Virus record (IMG/VR): IMGVR_UViG_3300049570_000094
DNA from: an uncultured virus (IMG/VR IMGVR_UViG_3300049570_000094)
Lineage: Duplodnaviria > Heunggongvirae > Uroviricota > Caudoviricetes
Direction: 5' to 3' (one strand)
DNA: 64,000 nucleotides
Shown here: positions 37,718-46,656 of the stretch, piece by piece
Numbering within the stretch: the stretch's first letter is position 1
Layout: every line of letters begins with the position of its first letter
Notes under the pieces: generated by a model
The model's database searches: none
The model's input: the letters and a program-made list of their open reading frames with translations, nothing else
What the model was told of the DNA's origin: nothing
Program-made: the position numbers and the translations under genes

Positions 37718-38616
37718 AACACTGCTACAAGCCGCACCGATTTACAAAAGTCGCATTAAATCAACTTCACACCCTGAATTCGATTATTCAAGAGTACAAA
37801 GATCAGGGTTTTGTAATGACAGTTAGGCAGCTTTTCTATCAGATGGTTGCTAGGGATTACATTCCAAACACCGAACGCAGCTACAAATCAATTATCCATC
37901 TTGTCGCGAAAGGTCGTATGTCCGGACTCATAGATTGGGATGCAATAGAAGATCGCACACGCGAATTCATTCGCAATTCGCATTGGGAATCTCCCGGCCA
38001 TATCGTGCGCGCGGTTGCGAATCAGTACGATCAGGACCGTTGGGTTGAACAGGACTACCGCGTATTTCTTGTGGTTGAAAAGGAAGCGCTGGTTTCCGTG
38101 TTCGAACGTCCGTGCCGCACGTATGACGTACCGCTTCTTGCAGCGCGCGGATATCCGTCGATTTCTGTTATTCGCGAATTCGCGGAGGAAGATATCATTC
38201 CCGCGCTCAGCGCCGGGCAACAGTGCATCCTCCTGCACTTCGGCGATCACGATCCGAGCGGCATTGACATGTCGCGTGATCTTGTAGACCGCATTACGGA
38301 TTTCGTTGGCGATGATGAAAGCGCATGGACGCTTGAGCGCTGCGCTCTGAACATGGATCAAATCCGCTCCCAAAATCCGCCTGCGAATCCCGCGAAGAAA
38401 ACGGACAAGCGTTTCGAGATTTACTATCGCAAGTTCAATACGCAATCCAGTTGGGAGCTGGATGCGCTTTCGCCGACGTTCCTCAGTAATCTCGCAGAGG
38501 AACAGATCAAGCAGTACATTGATTTCGAAAAGTGGAACGACACCATCGAAGAAGTTCAAAAATGTCGTGAGCGTCTATCCAAGGTTGCCGAGAAATTGGA
38601 TCAAGGAAAATTATGA
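37714..38616 (+). CDS. Topoisomerase VI-A / Spo11-like TOPRIM protein
   Basis: TVRQLFY, VVEK, RGYPS, GDHDPSG, WELDAL. Confidence 0.8.
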   Translation: MKHCYKPHRFTKVALNQLHTLNSIIQEYKDQGFVMTVRQLFYQMVARDYIPNTERSYKSIIHLVAKGRMSGLIDWDAIEDRTREFIRNSHWESPGHIVRAVANQYDQDRWVEQDYRVFLVVEKEALVSVFERPCRTYDVPLLAARGYPSISVIREFAEEDIIPALSAGQQCILLHFGDHDPSGIDMSRDLVDRITDFVGDDESAWTLERCALNMDQIRSQNPPANPAKKTDKRFEIYYRKFNTQSSWELDALSPTFLSNLAEEQIKQYIDFEKWNDTIEEVQKCRERLSKVAEKLDQGKL

Positions 38617-39407
38617 GTCATGAACTACTCGGCTACGATACGGAAACAACTTCCAATCAGCCGTCTACTACCCGCGTGGTGCAGCTTGCCGCGCTCCGTC
38701 GCAATCTAAAGGGAGAGATCAGCACAGTATTCAATCAGCTTTGCAATCCGGGTTGCGATATCTCGGACGGCGCAAAAGAGATTCACGGTATCTCTACCGA
38801 AATGGTGCGAGACGCCGAGCCGGATCATGAGGCGATGAAGCGCTTTTACGCCTACGTGTTTGCCAATAAGGATGAAATCATCATCGTCGGACATAACATC
38901 GTCACGTTCGACTTGACGATCCTGTGGAATCTTGGTGGTCCGAAAATTCCGATTCTATTTATCGACACGTTCGTTGCTGCGACTCGCGTATTTCCTGAAT
39001 CGCATTCACACAAGCTGGCTGATTTGGTGCAGTGGCTTGAGCTAGGCGACTTCACGAAAGCGCATGATGCGGAAGCGGATATCAAGATGGTGTTTCTGCT
39101 TTGCGATTACATTTTCAACGGACTGAAACATTCAGACAGGGACAGATACAATTGGACGTACAAAGATTTCGCCGAGTGGTGTATGCGTCCGCGAGTTCTC
39201 AAGCGTGCGCATTTTGGAAAGCATCACGGCAAGTTGTGGGGCAAACCGCTTCCCGGTGAAAGCCGAGCGAAATATGTGCCCGAAAGTTACATCCGATATA
39301 TCTGCGACAAATGGGAGGACCCTTCTCCCGATATGATCGAAACGATCTGGCAGAAGTATCGTTATCGTTTCAAGAAACTAGCCAGAAGGAGAACAGCGAA
39401 TGTTTGA
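38613..39407 (+). CDS. DEDDh 3'-5' exonuclease (DnaQ/ExoX-like)
   Basis: YDTETT, IHGI, GHN...FD, HDAEAD, FGKH. Confidence 0.9.
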   Translation: MSHELLGYDTETTSNQPSTTRVVQLAALRRNLKGEISTVFNQLCNPGCDISDGAKEIHGISTEMVRDAEPDHEAMKRFYAYVFANKDEIIIVGHNIVTFDLTILWNLGGPKIPILFIDTFVAATRVFPESHSHKLADLVQWLELGDFTKAHDAEADIKMVFLLCDYIFNGLKHSDRDRYNWTYKDFAEWCMRPRVLKRAHFGKHHGKLWGKPLPGESRAKYVPESYIRYICDKWEDPSPDMIETIWQKYRYRFKKLARRRTANV

Positions 39408-39921
39408 TACGCTATTGCCTGTGGATATCAAAGTCGATTTCGAAGCGCAGCATTTGTACTTGGAAGCGACTGGCAAATTCCCGCAGCCTGCGACGCATCC
39501 CGCATACGCGACAGTGGGATCAGCAGCCGTGGATTTGATTTCCACGCAGGAGTACATGCTGCGCCCCGGTGAGTGCGCTCCCATTTCTACAGGAATTTCC
39601 ATTCACATGAGGGAGCCGGGCTATGCGGCACTGGTGCTGCCGCGCTCAGGACTCGGTGCGAAGGAAGGGATCGTGCTCGGTAACAACATCGGATTAATCG
39701 ACAACGATTATCAGGGTCCGGTCACGTGCTTTATGTGGAATCGCGGCATCGTGTCGCACAATCCGACGCGCTTTAATTCACGCGAATTCCATATCAAGCC
39801 GGGCATGCGTATTGCACAGATGCTTTTCATTCCATTCGTGAAAGCGGATTTTACGCACGTCAATGAATTCATCGCTAACACGGATCGTGGCGTTGGAGGC
39901 TTCGGATCGTCAGGAGTATAA
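39400..39921 (+). CDS. dut: Trimeric dUTPase
   Basis: GSAAVDL, PRSGLG, GLIDNDYQG, RIAQ, RGVGGFGSSG. Confidence 0.95.
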   Translation: MFDTLLPVDIKVDFEAQHLYLEATGKFPQPATHPAYATVGSAAVDLISTQEYMLRPGECAPISTGISIHMREPGYAALVLPRSGLGAKEGIVLGNNIGLIDNDYQGPVTCFMWNRGIVSHNPTRFNSREFHIKPGMRIAQMLFIPFVKADFTHVNEFIANTDRGVGGFGSSGV

Positions 39922-39922
39922 A

Positions 39923-40261
39923 ATGAATCTGGCAAGGATTAATAACGCAACTCGCAGTTTCGGCCCGCCGCCCGGCGTCAGTGACAATGATTGTTCGCAT
40001 CTTCCGATTCGTGACATGTCGTACGGTTCTTTCAAAGGAATGCAGTCGGCGTGGATTCCTACCGAAGAGGAATTGAAGCTGCTTAATAACGGCGGCTGTG
40101 TGATTCTCACGGTGTTTTCCAGAGTGCATCCGATGGTGTCCCTGCACGCGGCAGGATCGGATGAAATTTCTCGCGTACAGGAAACCGCTCAGGAGAGGAA
40201 GAATATTTCCGGCATGTATCCGGATCGTGAGAGTGCAATCGACGCAATGGGGAAAGACTGA
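39923..40261 (+). CDS. Conserved phage hypothetical protein (SAWIPTEEEL..LNNGG)
   Basis: AGGAG SD. Confidence 0.75.
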   Translation: MNLARINNATRSFGPPPGVSDNDCSHLPIRDMSYGSFKGMQSAWIPTEEELKLLNNGGCVILTVFSRVHPMVSLHAAGSDEISRVQETAQERKNISGMYPDRESAIDAMGKD

Positions 40262-40458
40262 TGGCAGCAAAAGTAGCGCAGTTCGAATATTGGCAGAGTG
40301 TTACCGGGCAATGGTATTGGCGCTTGCGTGCAAAGAACGGCCGCATTGTCGCGCAGTCGGAAGGTTACTCGCGTAAGAGTTCTTGCTTGAAAACCATCGA
40401 GCAAATTCAGGACTCAGCGCATGGTGCAATTATCGAACAGGTAAAGGAGCCGAAATAA
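40261..40458 (+). CDS. YegP / DUF1508-like protein
   Basis: GQWYWRLRAKNGRIVAQSEGY..K..C...I. Confidence 0.85.
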   Translation: MAAKVAQFEYWQSVTGQWYWRLRAKNGRIVAQSEGYSRKSSCLKTIEQIQDSAHGAIIEQVKEPK

Positions 40459-40775
40459 TGCGTAGAGAATCGAACAAGTGGAACACGAATGCGATCGGTC
40501 GCGAACGCTTTGACAATCTCAAGAATCGAGCACGTACTTGGCGTTACAGCGATCCACATATCACTGAACCGGCAAATGTCACTGCCGCTCGCAAGCTGGT
40601 GGAAAAGTTCGATGAGAAGGCAGAGGCAAAGAAAGAAACGCATCGAGCACGTGTAGCGAAGCTGGTTGACGAAGTGACTCAGAAAGTTCTCTTTTCTGAC
40701 GATGCCAAGGTTGCACTGAAAGCCGTTGAGGCTTTGGAAGCGCAAGCCAAACGCGAAAAGTGGGTGAAGCGGTGA
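40458..40775 (+). CDS. Hypothetical protein
   Basis: AAGGAG SD; TAATG junction. Confidence 0.7.
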   Translation: MRRESNKWNTNAIGRERFDNLKNRARTWRYSDPHITEPANVTAARKLVEKFDEKAEAKKETHRARVAKLVDEVTQKVLFSDDAKVALKAVEALEAQAKREKWVKR

Positions 40776-41029
40776 ACGCGCAACAGAAGCGAGTCCTCAA
40801 GGTTCTGGATCGCATGAAGCAACTCGTCAAGGAAGATGCGAATAATGCCGATGCTTTTTCCGAAATGCTGGAAGAAGGGCTCGAAAATTTGAACAGTCAG
40901 GACTTCTTCGGCACAGAAGGTCAAAACGATCCTCGCGGAGATTTCCGTAACGGAGATTGGGGTATGTTTCACGCCATAGAAGGCGTAGATGATTCCAGAA
41001 ATCGCAACGAAGAAGGAGAGGAAGAATGA
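40772..41029 (+). CDS. Conserved hypothetical protein (DFFGTEGQNDPRGD)
   Basis: GTGA overlap. Confidence 0.7.
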   Translation: MNAQQKRVLKVLDRMKQLVKEDANNADAFSEMLEEGLENLNSQDFFGTEGQNDPRGDFRNGDWGMFHAIEGVDDSRNRNEEGEEE

Positions 41030-41289
41030 TAGAGCCCATGCAACCGACCGTAAAACTTGGTTCTAAATATAGAGACACTTTAACTGGCTTCGTCGGAATT
41101 GCTATTTGTCAGACGGCATGGTTCAACGGGTGCGATAGAGTTAGTCTTCAACCGCCTGTCGATGCCAATGGCAAGTTGCAGAAAACAGAATCCTTTGATT
41201 CAGTAACGCTGGAACTTGTCGAAGAAAAACCGTCTTTGAAAAAAGACAATAACGGTGGTCCTCGTAATGATCCTGAAAGGGGCATGTAA
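41026..41289 (+). CDS. Conserved phage hypothetical protein (D.LTGF.G...GC)
   Basis: GAGG SD. Confidence 0.75.
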   Translation: MIEPMQPTVKLGSKYRDTLTGFVGIAICQTAWFNGCDRVSLQPPVDANGKLQKTESFDSVTLELVEEKPSLKKDNNGGPRNDPERGM

Positions 41290-41615
41290 TGACAGCGAAT
41301 CCCGACAGCGTAAAGGAGAATAGAATTTGGTGGCTGGTGCTCGCTCTACTCGCAACGGCAACCGCGCTTCTCGTTCTCGGAATAATCGACAAGGGACAGT
41401 GGCAGATCATTGTGCTGACACTGTTCGGAACCTTCGTGACCGGCGTCGCTTTGAACGGGATCGCGCAAGGCGCTACGAATCTGATGCAGGCGAAAGGAGA
41501 CGCTGCAAAGACGACAGCTAACGCACAAGCGGAAGTATCACAGGCAATCGCTGGTGAAACAAATATGCGAACGCTGGCCGTACGGAACGCTACAACAGGA
41601 GCAAATACCACGTGA
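41289..41615 (+). CDS. Two-helix membrane protein (holin-like size)
   Basis: Two hydrophobic segments. Confidence 0.7.
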   Translation: MTANPDSVKENRIWWLVLALLATATALLVLGIIDKGQWQIIVLTLFGTFVTGVALNGIAQGATNLMQAKGDAAKTTANAQAEVSQAIAGETNMRTLAVRNATTGANTT

Positions 41616-41881
41616 CTCCGGAAAAATTCTTCCGCCAAATGGCAGCGGAAGAACTGGCAAAAGCGGAGGCTAAAAAGCCTCCGCTTTTGTCCGGTCCTCC
41701 GACTAAAGCCGATATCAGTAAACGAGTTGGAATCATTTCTGATCGGTTGCCGAATTACATCGGCGCTTATCTGCATCTTGCACAAATTGACGATCCACTT
41801 CGTCATGCGGTAAGAGAACAAGCCCATCTTTTACTTGATGTAATATACGATGCCTGCGAAGAACTGCGTCACGCAAAGTGA
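41612..41881 (+). CDS. Hypothetical protein
   Basis: AGGAG before GTG. Confidence 0.65.
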   Translation: MTPEKFFRQMAAEELAKAEAKKPPLLSGPPTKADISKRVGIISDRLPNYIGAYLHLAQIDDPLRHAVREQAHLLLDVIYDACEELRHAK

Positions 41882-42380
41882 TAACAGCCATGGAAAGGCT
41901 TTTGAAAAGCTGACGAACAGCGCATTCAATCCGCTTCATCTACAGCTCCCGATGACTTGGGAGCGGATTGTTGACTCAGCAGCAGCGGGCAATTTCATTA
42001 CTGCGCGTGAGGCTGACTTCCGGATGCGGATCAAATCCGCACTCCGGGGCCAGCCTTACGAATTTTTGATCGAATGCAAAGCGAGCACTATCGACACTAC
42101 GTTTGCGAAGTGCTTCAAACGACTTATCGGGGAAAAGCAATTGCCGAAGATGCGGCTCGCCGTTAGAGCGGGCGCGATCGGCCTGTACTTTTTCTATTCC
42201 GTAACGACCGATGAAATCGAGATATGGGATTTCCAACAGGTAGCGAAAGCCTATTACGAAAAGCGCGTGAAATTTGAGGAAGTGCCGCGCTATCTTGTTG
42301 CAGGCAAGAACTATCTGTACTTCGCTAGGCAAATGGTGGAGAAACCGTATCGGTTCATCAGGGACATATTAGGAGGGTGA
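41850..42380 (+). CDS. PD-(D/E)xK nuclease, RecU-like Holliday junction resolvase
   Basis: GKAFE, EADF, LIECK. Confidence 0.7.
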   Translation: MPAKNCVTQSDNSHGKAFEKLTNSAFNPLHLQLPMTWERIVDSAAAGNFITAREADFRMRIKSALRGQPYEFLIECKASTIDTTFAKCFKRLIGEKQLPKMRLAVRAGAIGLYFFYSVTTDEIEIWDFQQVAKAYYEKRVKFEEVPRYLVAGKNYLYFARQMVEKPYRFIRDILGG

Positions 42381-42381
42381 A

Positions 42382-43500
42382 ATGCTGGTTGCTTTCTGGA
42401 CAGACGCCCACTTGGGAATTCGACGCGCATCGCATACAACGGTAGCGAGCCAAGACTTGTTGAGAAAATTTCTGTACGAAGAAATCATGGAAATGCTGGA
42501 TCGCATTGATGCGAAGGCACTCGAAATGGACGAGCACATTCCAACTTACATGCTCGGCGATCTAGTCGATCTGTTTACGAACAAGGAAGAGATAATCGAC
42601 CAAGCAATCACGGTCGCGAAGCGTTGCGATGCGACACTGGCAGGGAATCACGATCTGCGCAACAACTCGGAAATCATGAGCACGTTGCAGCTCATCAAGA
42701 AACAGATTGAGCAAAGCGAGCACGAGAACATTTCCCGGATCATTATCAGTCCGAAACCGGGCGAAGGCTACTATCACCAGCAGTGGTTGGATCAGGAAAA
42801 CAACGTAGACATTACGTTCATTCCGCACTGCTACACTCAGGAAGCTTTCGAAGCGTCGATCCGTGGCGCAGAAGAAGCGCGTGATCCTGACGCATTCTCA
42901 ATTCTCTGCCTGCACTGCAATGTCGGCGAAGTTCACGGCGAAGCAGAAAGTGATTCCTCTACGCTGGTGTTGACTGCCGAATTGCAGAACGTCGTGAAAG
43001 ACTTCTCGCTGGTGCTTGTCGGTCATGAGCACATGCCGAAGCGTACGAAGAATATTCAGATACTCGGCAATTTCTTTCCAGTATCATTCGGTGAAATTGG
43101 CGATCGTTTTCTGTGGTGGTTTGATACCGAAAAAAAGACGCTGACCAAGGAATTGATTTCGGATAAGGACGATCAATACGTCGCAATCCCGGTGCAGGAC
43201 ATGATCGAGTGCGGCGGAGAAATGAGCGTCTTTCAACGCATGGTAGAAGTCACCGGCGAGATTGACGTCAAGGAATATCCCGAATTAAATCGGGCATTGT
43301 TGAAGTTCTGGAAAGAGAACGGTGATGTTCTCTTTGCCGTTCGAAACTCGGTCCAAGTACATAGACCGCAGGAAGCCAAGAAACGCACGTCCACGGACAA
43401 GCAAACTCTGCCCGAGTTCGTGAAGGCCGCAGCAAAGACGGCTGGCTTCGAAACCGAATTCGACGAATTGAATGCCGTTGTGGAGAATGAAGATGAGTGA
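42382..43500 (+). CDS. sbcD: Mre11/SbcD-like metallophosphoesterase nuclease
   Basis: DAHLG, GDLVD, GNHD, GHEH. Confidence 0.9.
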   Translation: MLVAFWTDAHLGIRRASHTTVASQDLLRKFLYEEIMEMLDRIDAKALEMDEHIPTYMLGDLVDLFTNKEEIIDQAITVAKRCDATLAGNHDLRNNSEIMSTLQLIKKQIEQSEHENISRIIISPKPGEGYYHQQWLDQENNVDITFIPHCYTQEAFEASIRGAEEARDPDAFSILCLHCNVGEVHGEAESDSSTLVLTAELQNVVKDFSLVLVGHEHMPKRTKNIQILGNFFPVSFGEIGDRFLWWFDTEKKTLTKELISDKDDQYVAIPVQDMIECGGEMSVFQRMVEVTGEIDVKEYPELNRALLKFWKENGDVLFAVRNSVQVHRPQEAKKRTSTDKQTLPEFVKAAAKTAGFETEFDELNAVVENEDE

Positions 43501-45655
43501 GATTCGTCTAAAGTCGATTCACTTGAAGAATTTCAAGAAGCACGCGGATCGACAAGTCCATTTCAGCGATACGCTGACTGTGATCTGTGGTCCGAATTAC
43601 TCCGGGAAATCGTCAATTCTCGAAGCAATTTTCTTCGCGCTCTTTGGTACTCGCGCAGTGCCGGGCGGTGCAGAAGTCATCAATCGAACAAATGGAGACT
43701 CGAAAGCGATCGTTACGCTGGATGTAATGATCGGCGAAGAGGAATTCCGAATTCAGCGCACACCAAATAGCGCAGCGATTTATCCGTTGTCGGGTCCAGA
43801 GTCGGCCCCGACAGCCGCAGGGCACACGGCCGTCACCGACTGGATTCTTACAAGAATCGGTACGGGCAACATCAAGCGAGCGCTCGCGCTGGCTTTCAGC
43901 TCCCAAGGCGAGACGCAGGCGATCTTGCAAATGGGAGCGCCAGCCTTGAACGCGCTGCTGGAAGAACTGACCGGCGTGAAATACGTCGATCGGTTAATTG
44001 ATCTTGCGGGCAAACGTGTGGACGCTGCGGAACGTAAGCTGGATGCGTTGGGTCCGATGGAAGATGATCCGGACGAACTGCAAACGATTCTGGACGATAC
44101 AGTACTTGCTCTGGAAACCAAAAAACTTGAGTTGTCCAAGCTGACGCCGAAAGTGCGTACTTTGCAGGACGACTTGGCTGCGATCCGAAAGGAACTTGAG
44201 GAAGCACGCGAGCACAATAAGCAGGTTGAAGAACGCAACCTGAAAATCCGCGAGTTACAAACGCGTGTCGAAACGTCGAAGTCTAGCTACGAATCGCTCA
44301 AGCGCGAGTTCGAAGAAATGGAAGTGCCGGACACGTCCGATCTTGAGACGGTGCTTTTACAGGCCGTGACGGAACTGGAACGCATGGAAGCAGAAGCCGA
44401 AGCGTATGAGAACGAACATCATGAATCGGACAAGCATACGGATTGGCTGGAAAAGAATGAAGATGTATTGCTTGAGAAAGCAGCCAATCTCGAAACTCAT
44501 GAAGTAATGAGTTCGACGTTGAAGAAAGCAGAAGCAGAAATGAAAACTGCGGCCGAAGCTTTTACTAAGGCCAAGCACGAAGAGACACAGGCAAAGAATG
44601 CTGAGAAGAACGCCATATGTGCAGAATGCCAGCGCCCTTTCGATCAGAAACACTTGGACGCGATTCAGACGAAATTACCGAGTCTGACTCGTAAGCGTGA
44701 GGAAACTCAGCGCGAATTCGAAAAAGTAGAATCCAAGGTTACTGAGCTGCGGACAGAACTTGCCAAGCTTTCGCGCAAACTTCCTCCGGATGATTGGAAG
44801 GAACAAATCGGTATACACAAAACTCTGGCCGCTGCGTCTGCTAATCGACTAGCGAAACTTCCGGTGCCGAGCGCGGATGCGTTGAACATCGCTCGCAACA
44901 ACGTGGACGAATTTAAAGCGCGCAAGCGCACTATCGCGCTGGAAACGAAGCGGTACACCGAAGCCCGCACACGCGTGGATCGAGCGAAGGAAGCTTTGGA
45001 CCAGAACAAAGCTGAACTGAACCTGACCAAACCGCTTACCTTGGTAGGCATTGACGGATTGCTGGATCGTCAGAGGAAGGCTTTCGAAGCGCTGACGACT
45101 ACGAACGAGTCGCGCACGGTTGCGGCCGGGGAAGTCGATCGCCTCAAGGATGACGTGGAGGCTCTAGGACTTCGTGTAAGAAAGGCTCGGCAGCATCGGC
45201 AAGAAAGTCTCAATGCGGAAGCCGTCAAAGCCCGATACATCAAATTTGGCCGCTGGCTTCGCGAGAACAAGGCCGCGTTTCTCAACGACACGTGGGCCGG
45301 ACTTCTCGCATTGGTGTCCGAGTTCTCTAGCGAAGTCACCAGCGGAACCCTTGAAGAAGTCGGGCGCGATCCGGACGGTGATTTTTGGTTTCGAGAAGAA
45401 GGACACGTCAGACCGATTGTAGCAGCTTCCGGAGGCCAACGTTCGATTGTTGGTGTAGGTCTACGTCTTGCTTTAGCGTCCCTTCTTCCCGGAGGAATCG
45501 GATTCATTGCTTTGGATGAAGCTTCCGCAGATTTGAACAACGAACACGCTTCGTCTCTAGCGGGAGCGTTGCGAGTTCTGGAACGTCAGATCATTGTTGT
45601 GACTCACAGAGAGTCAGAAGAATTCAGCTCTGACAACGTTGTTGTTCTGGAATAA
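43493..45655 (+). CDS. sbcC: Rad50/SbcC-like SMC ATPase
   Basis: GPNYSGKS, coiled coils, zinc hook CAEC, ASGGQ, LDE, VTH. Confidence 0.93.
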   Translation: MSEIRLKSIHLKNFKKHADRQVHFSDTLTVICGPNYSGKSSILEAIFFALFGTRAVPGGAEVINRTNGDSKAIVTLDVMIGEEEFRIQRTPNSAAIYPLSGPESAPTAAGHTAVTDWILTRIGTGNIKRALALAFSSQGETQAILQMGAPALNALLEELTGVKYVDRLIDLAGKRVDAAERKLDALGPMEDDPDELQTILDDTVLALETKKLELSKLTPKVRTLQDDLAAIRKELEEAREHNKQVEERNLKIRELQTRVETSKSSYESLKREFEEMEVPDTSDLETVLLQAVTELERMEAEAEAYENEHHESDKHTDWLEKNEDVLLEKAANLETHEVMSSTLKKAEAEMKTAAEAFTKAKHEETQAKNAEKNAICAECQRPFDQKHLDAIQTKLPSLTRKREETQREFEKVESKVTELRTELAKLSRKLPPDDWKEQIGIHKTLAAASANRLAKLPVPSADALNIARNNVDEFKARKRTIALETKRYTEARTRVDRAKEALDQNKAELNLTKPLTLVGIDGLLDRQRKAFEALTTTNESRTVAAGEVDRLKDDVEALGLRVRKARQHRQESLNAEAVKARYIKFGRWLRENKAAFLNDTWAGLLALVSEFSSEVTSGTLEEVGRDPDGDFWFREEGHVRPIVAASGGQRSIVGVGLRLALASLLPGGIGFIALDEASADLNNEHASSLAGALRVLERQIIVVTHRESEEFSSDNVVVLE

Positions 45656-46118
45656 AAGCAAATTCTCCGAATATTTCCTTAGCCGCAGATGCGTAAGCTT
45701 CTGCGGCTTTTTCTTTTTGAGAGAATGAGCCTAAATATTTTCCTTTTATAAAGGCTTGCCATTTTCTACCTTTCTTAGTCACTCCTTTGCAGCCTGTCTT
45801 GTTATTTTTTCTTATAGAAGTGTTCGCTTGATTATTGGAATTGCCAGCAATACGAAGGTTTGTAATTCTATTGTTGGCTTTGTTTCTATCTCTGTGATCT
45901 ATTTCTTCAACGGGAATATGTCCGTAGATATAAAGCCATGCTAAATCCTGAGCGTAATGCCTGTGGTTAAGAACAGAAATTCGCACATAGCCTTTTTCTG
46001 TGAGATTTCCTGCAACGGACCCTTCTCTTGGTTGCCCTCTTCGTTTACTGATCCTTGTAAAGATTCCAGTCTCAGGATCGTAACTAAGCACTGATTTCAG
46101 CTCATCTTGAGTCAGCAT
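45624..46118 (-). CDS. HNH homing endonuclease with AP2-like C-terminus
   Basis: YDPETG, IDHRDRNKANNRITNLR, TGCKGV, YLG.F....A..AY, FGEFA. Confidence 0.9.
   Translation of the reverse strand: MLTQDELKSVLSYDPETGIFTRISKRRGQPREGSVAGNLTEKGYVRISVLNHRHYAQDLAWLYIYGHIPVEEIDHRDRNKANNRITNLRIAGNSNNQANTSIRKNNKTGCKGVTKKGRKWQAFIKGKYLGSFSQKEKAAEAYASAAKEIFGEFAFIPEQQRCQS
45681..45718 (+). terminator. Terminator for sbcC inside the antisense HNH gene
   Basis: AGCCGCAGA/TCTGCGGCT, then TTTTCTTTTT. Confidence 0.65.
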
Positions 46119-46232
46119 TAGACATGCGCTCCCGGTCACAAACTGATTCTAGTTTGTTTCGCAGCTCAGTGCTACACTGAATTCACCGTGCCGGTGCGGA
46201 TCATCGGAAATAGACAGATAGGTAGATAGACC

Positions 46233-46463
46233 ATGTACGTTAAATTGATGAGTGGCGTCGATATGCCTGACGCACATTGGGCGAAGCCGTTTCAAGTAAT
46301 TGAATGCAAGAGCGTGCAATTCATTCGTGATAATGGCGGGCAAGGCCCCGCTGCAATCATCGACAACGATACGCACCAATTGCAAGGCAACGCTTACGTT
46401 CTAAACGCACAGGGAAAGACGATTGAGTCTTTCCCTTTTAGTTACACAGAGGAACCAAAATGA
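46233..46463 (+). CDS. Small phage protein (AYVLNAQGKTI motif)
   Basis: AGGT SD-like; recurring phage-protein C-terminal motif. Confidence 0.7.
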   Translation: MYVKLMSGVDMPDAHWAKPFQVIECKSVQFIRDNGGQGPAAIIDNDTHQLQGNAYVLNAQGKTIESFPFSYTEEPK

Positions 46464-46624
46464 TGTGCGCACTCGGTTGGGGCCTTGCAATTGCAGGTTG
46501 GGGTTGTTTCTCGTTTGCTCTTGCAAACAACGTCACCAGCAAGAAGGCTTTCGTCAAGAAATTCGGTGATCGCTGGAAGCAGGTTCGAAAGGAATGGGCG
46601 GCGGGAAATACGTCCGCTAATTAA
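46460..46624 (+). CDS. Small membrane protein, 54 aa (not in the ORF track)
   Basis: GAGG SD, ATGA overlap; MMCALGWGLAIAGWGCFSFALA... Confidence 0.6.
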   Translation: MMCALGWGLAIAGWGCFSFALANNVTSKKAFVKKFGDRWKQVRKEWAAGNTSAN

Positions 46625-46656
46625 AAGAAAGGCCCGCTTCGGCGGGCCTTTTCTTT
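46623..46656. terminator. Bidirectional terminator between the convergent replication and tail arms
   Basis: AAAAGAAAGGCCCGC-TTCG-GCGGGCCTTTTCTTT. Confidence 0.9.

Noticed and set aside
1..45600. Numerous - strand ORFs in the left arm (and + strand ORFs within the tail arm)
   Set aside because: Antisense shadows of well-supported genes, without SDs or family motifs
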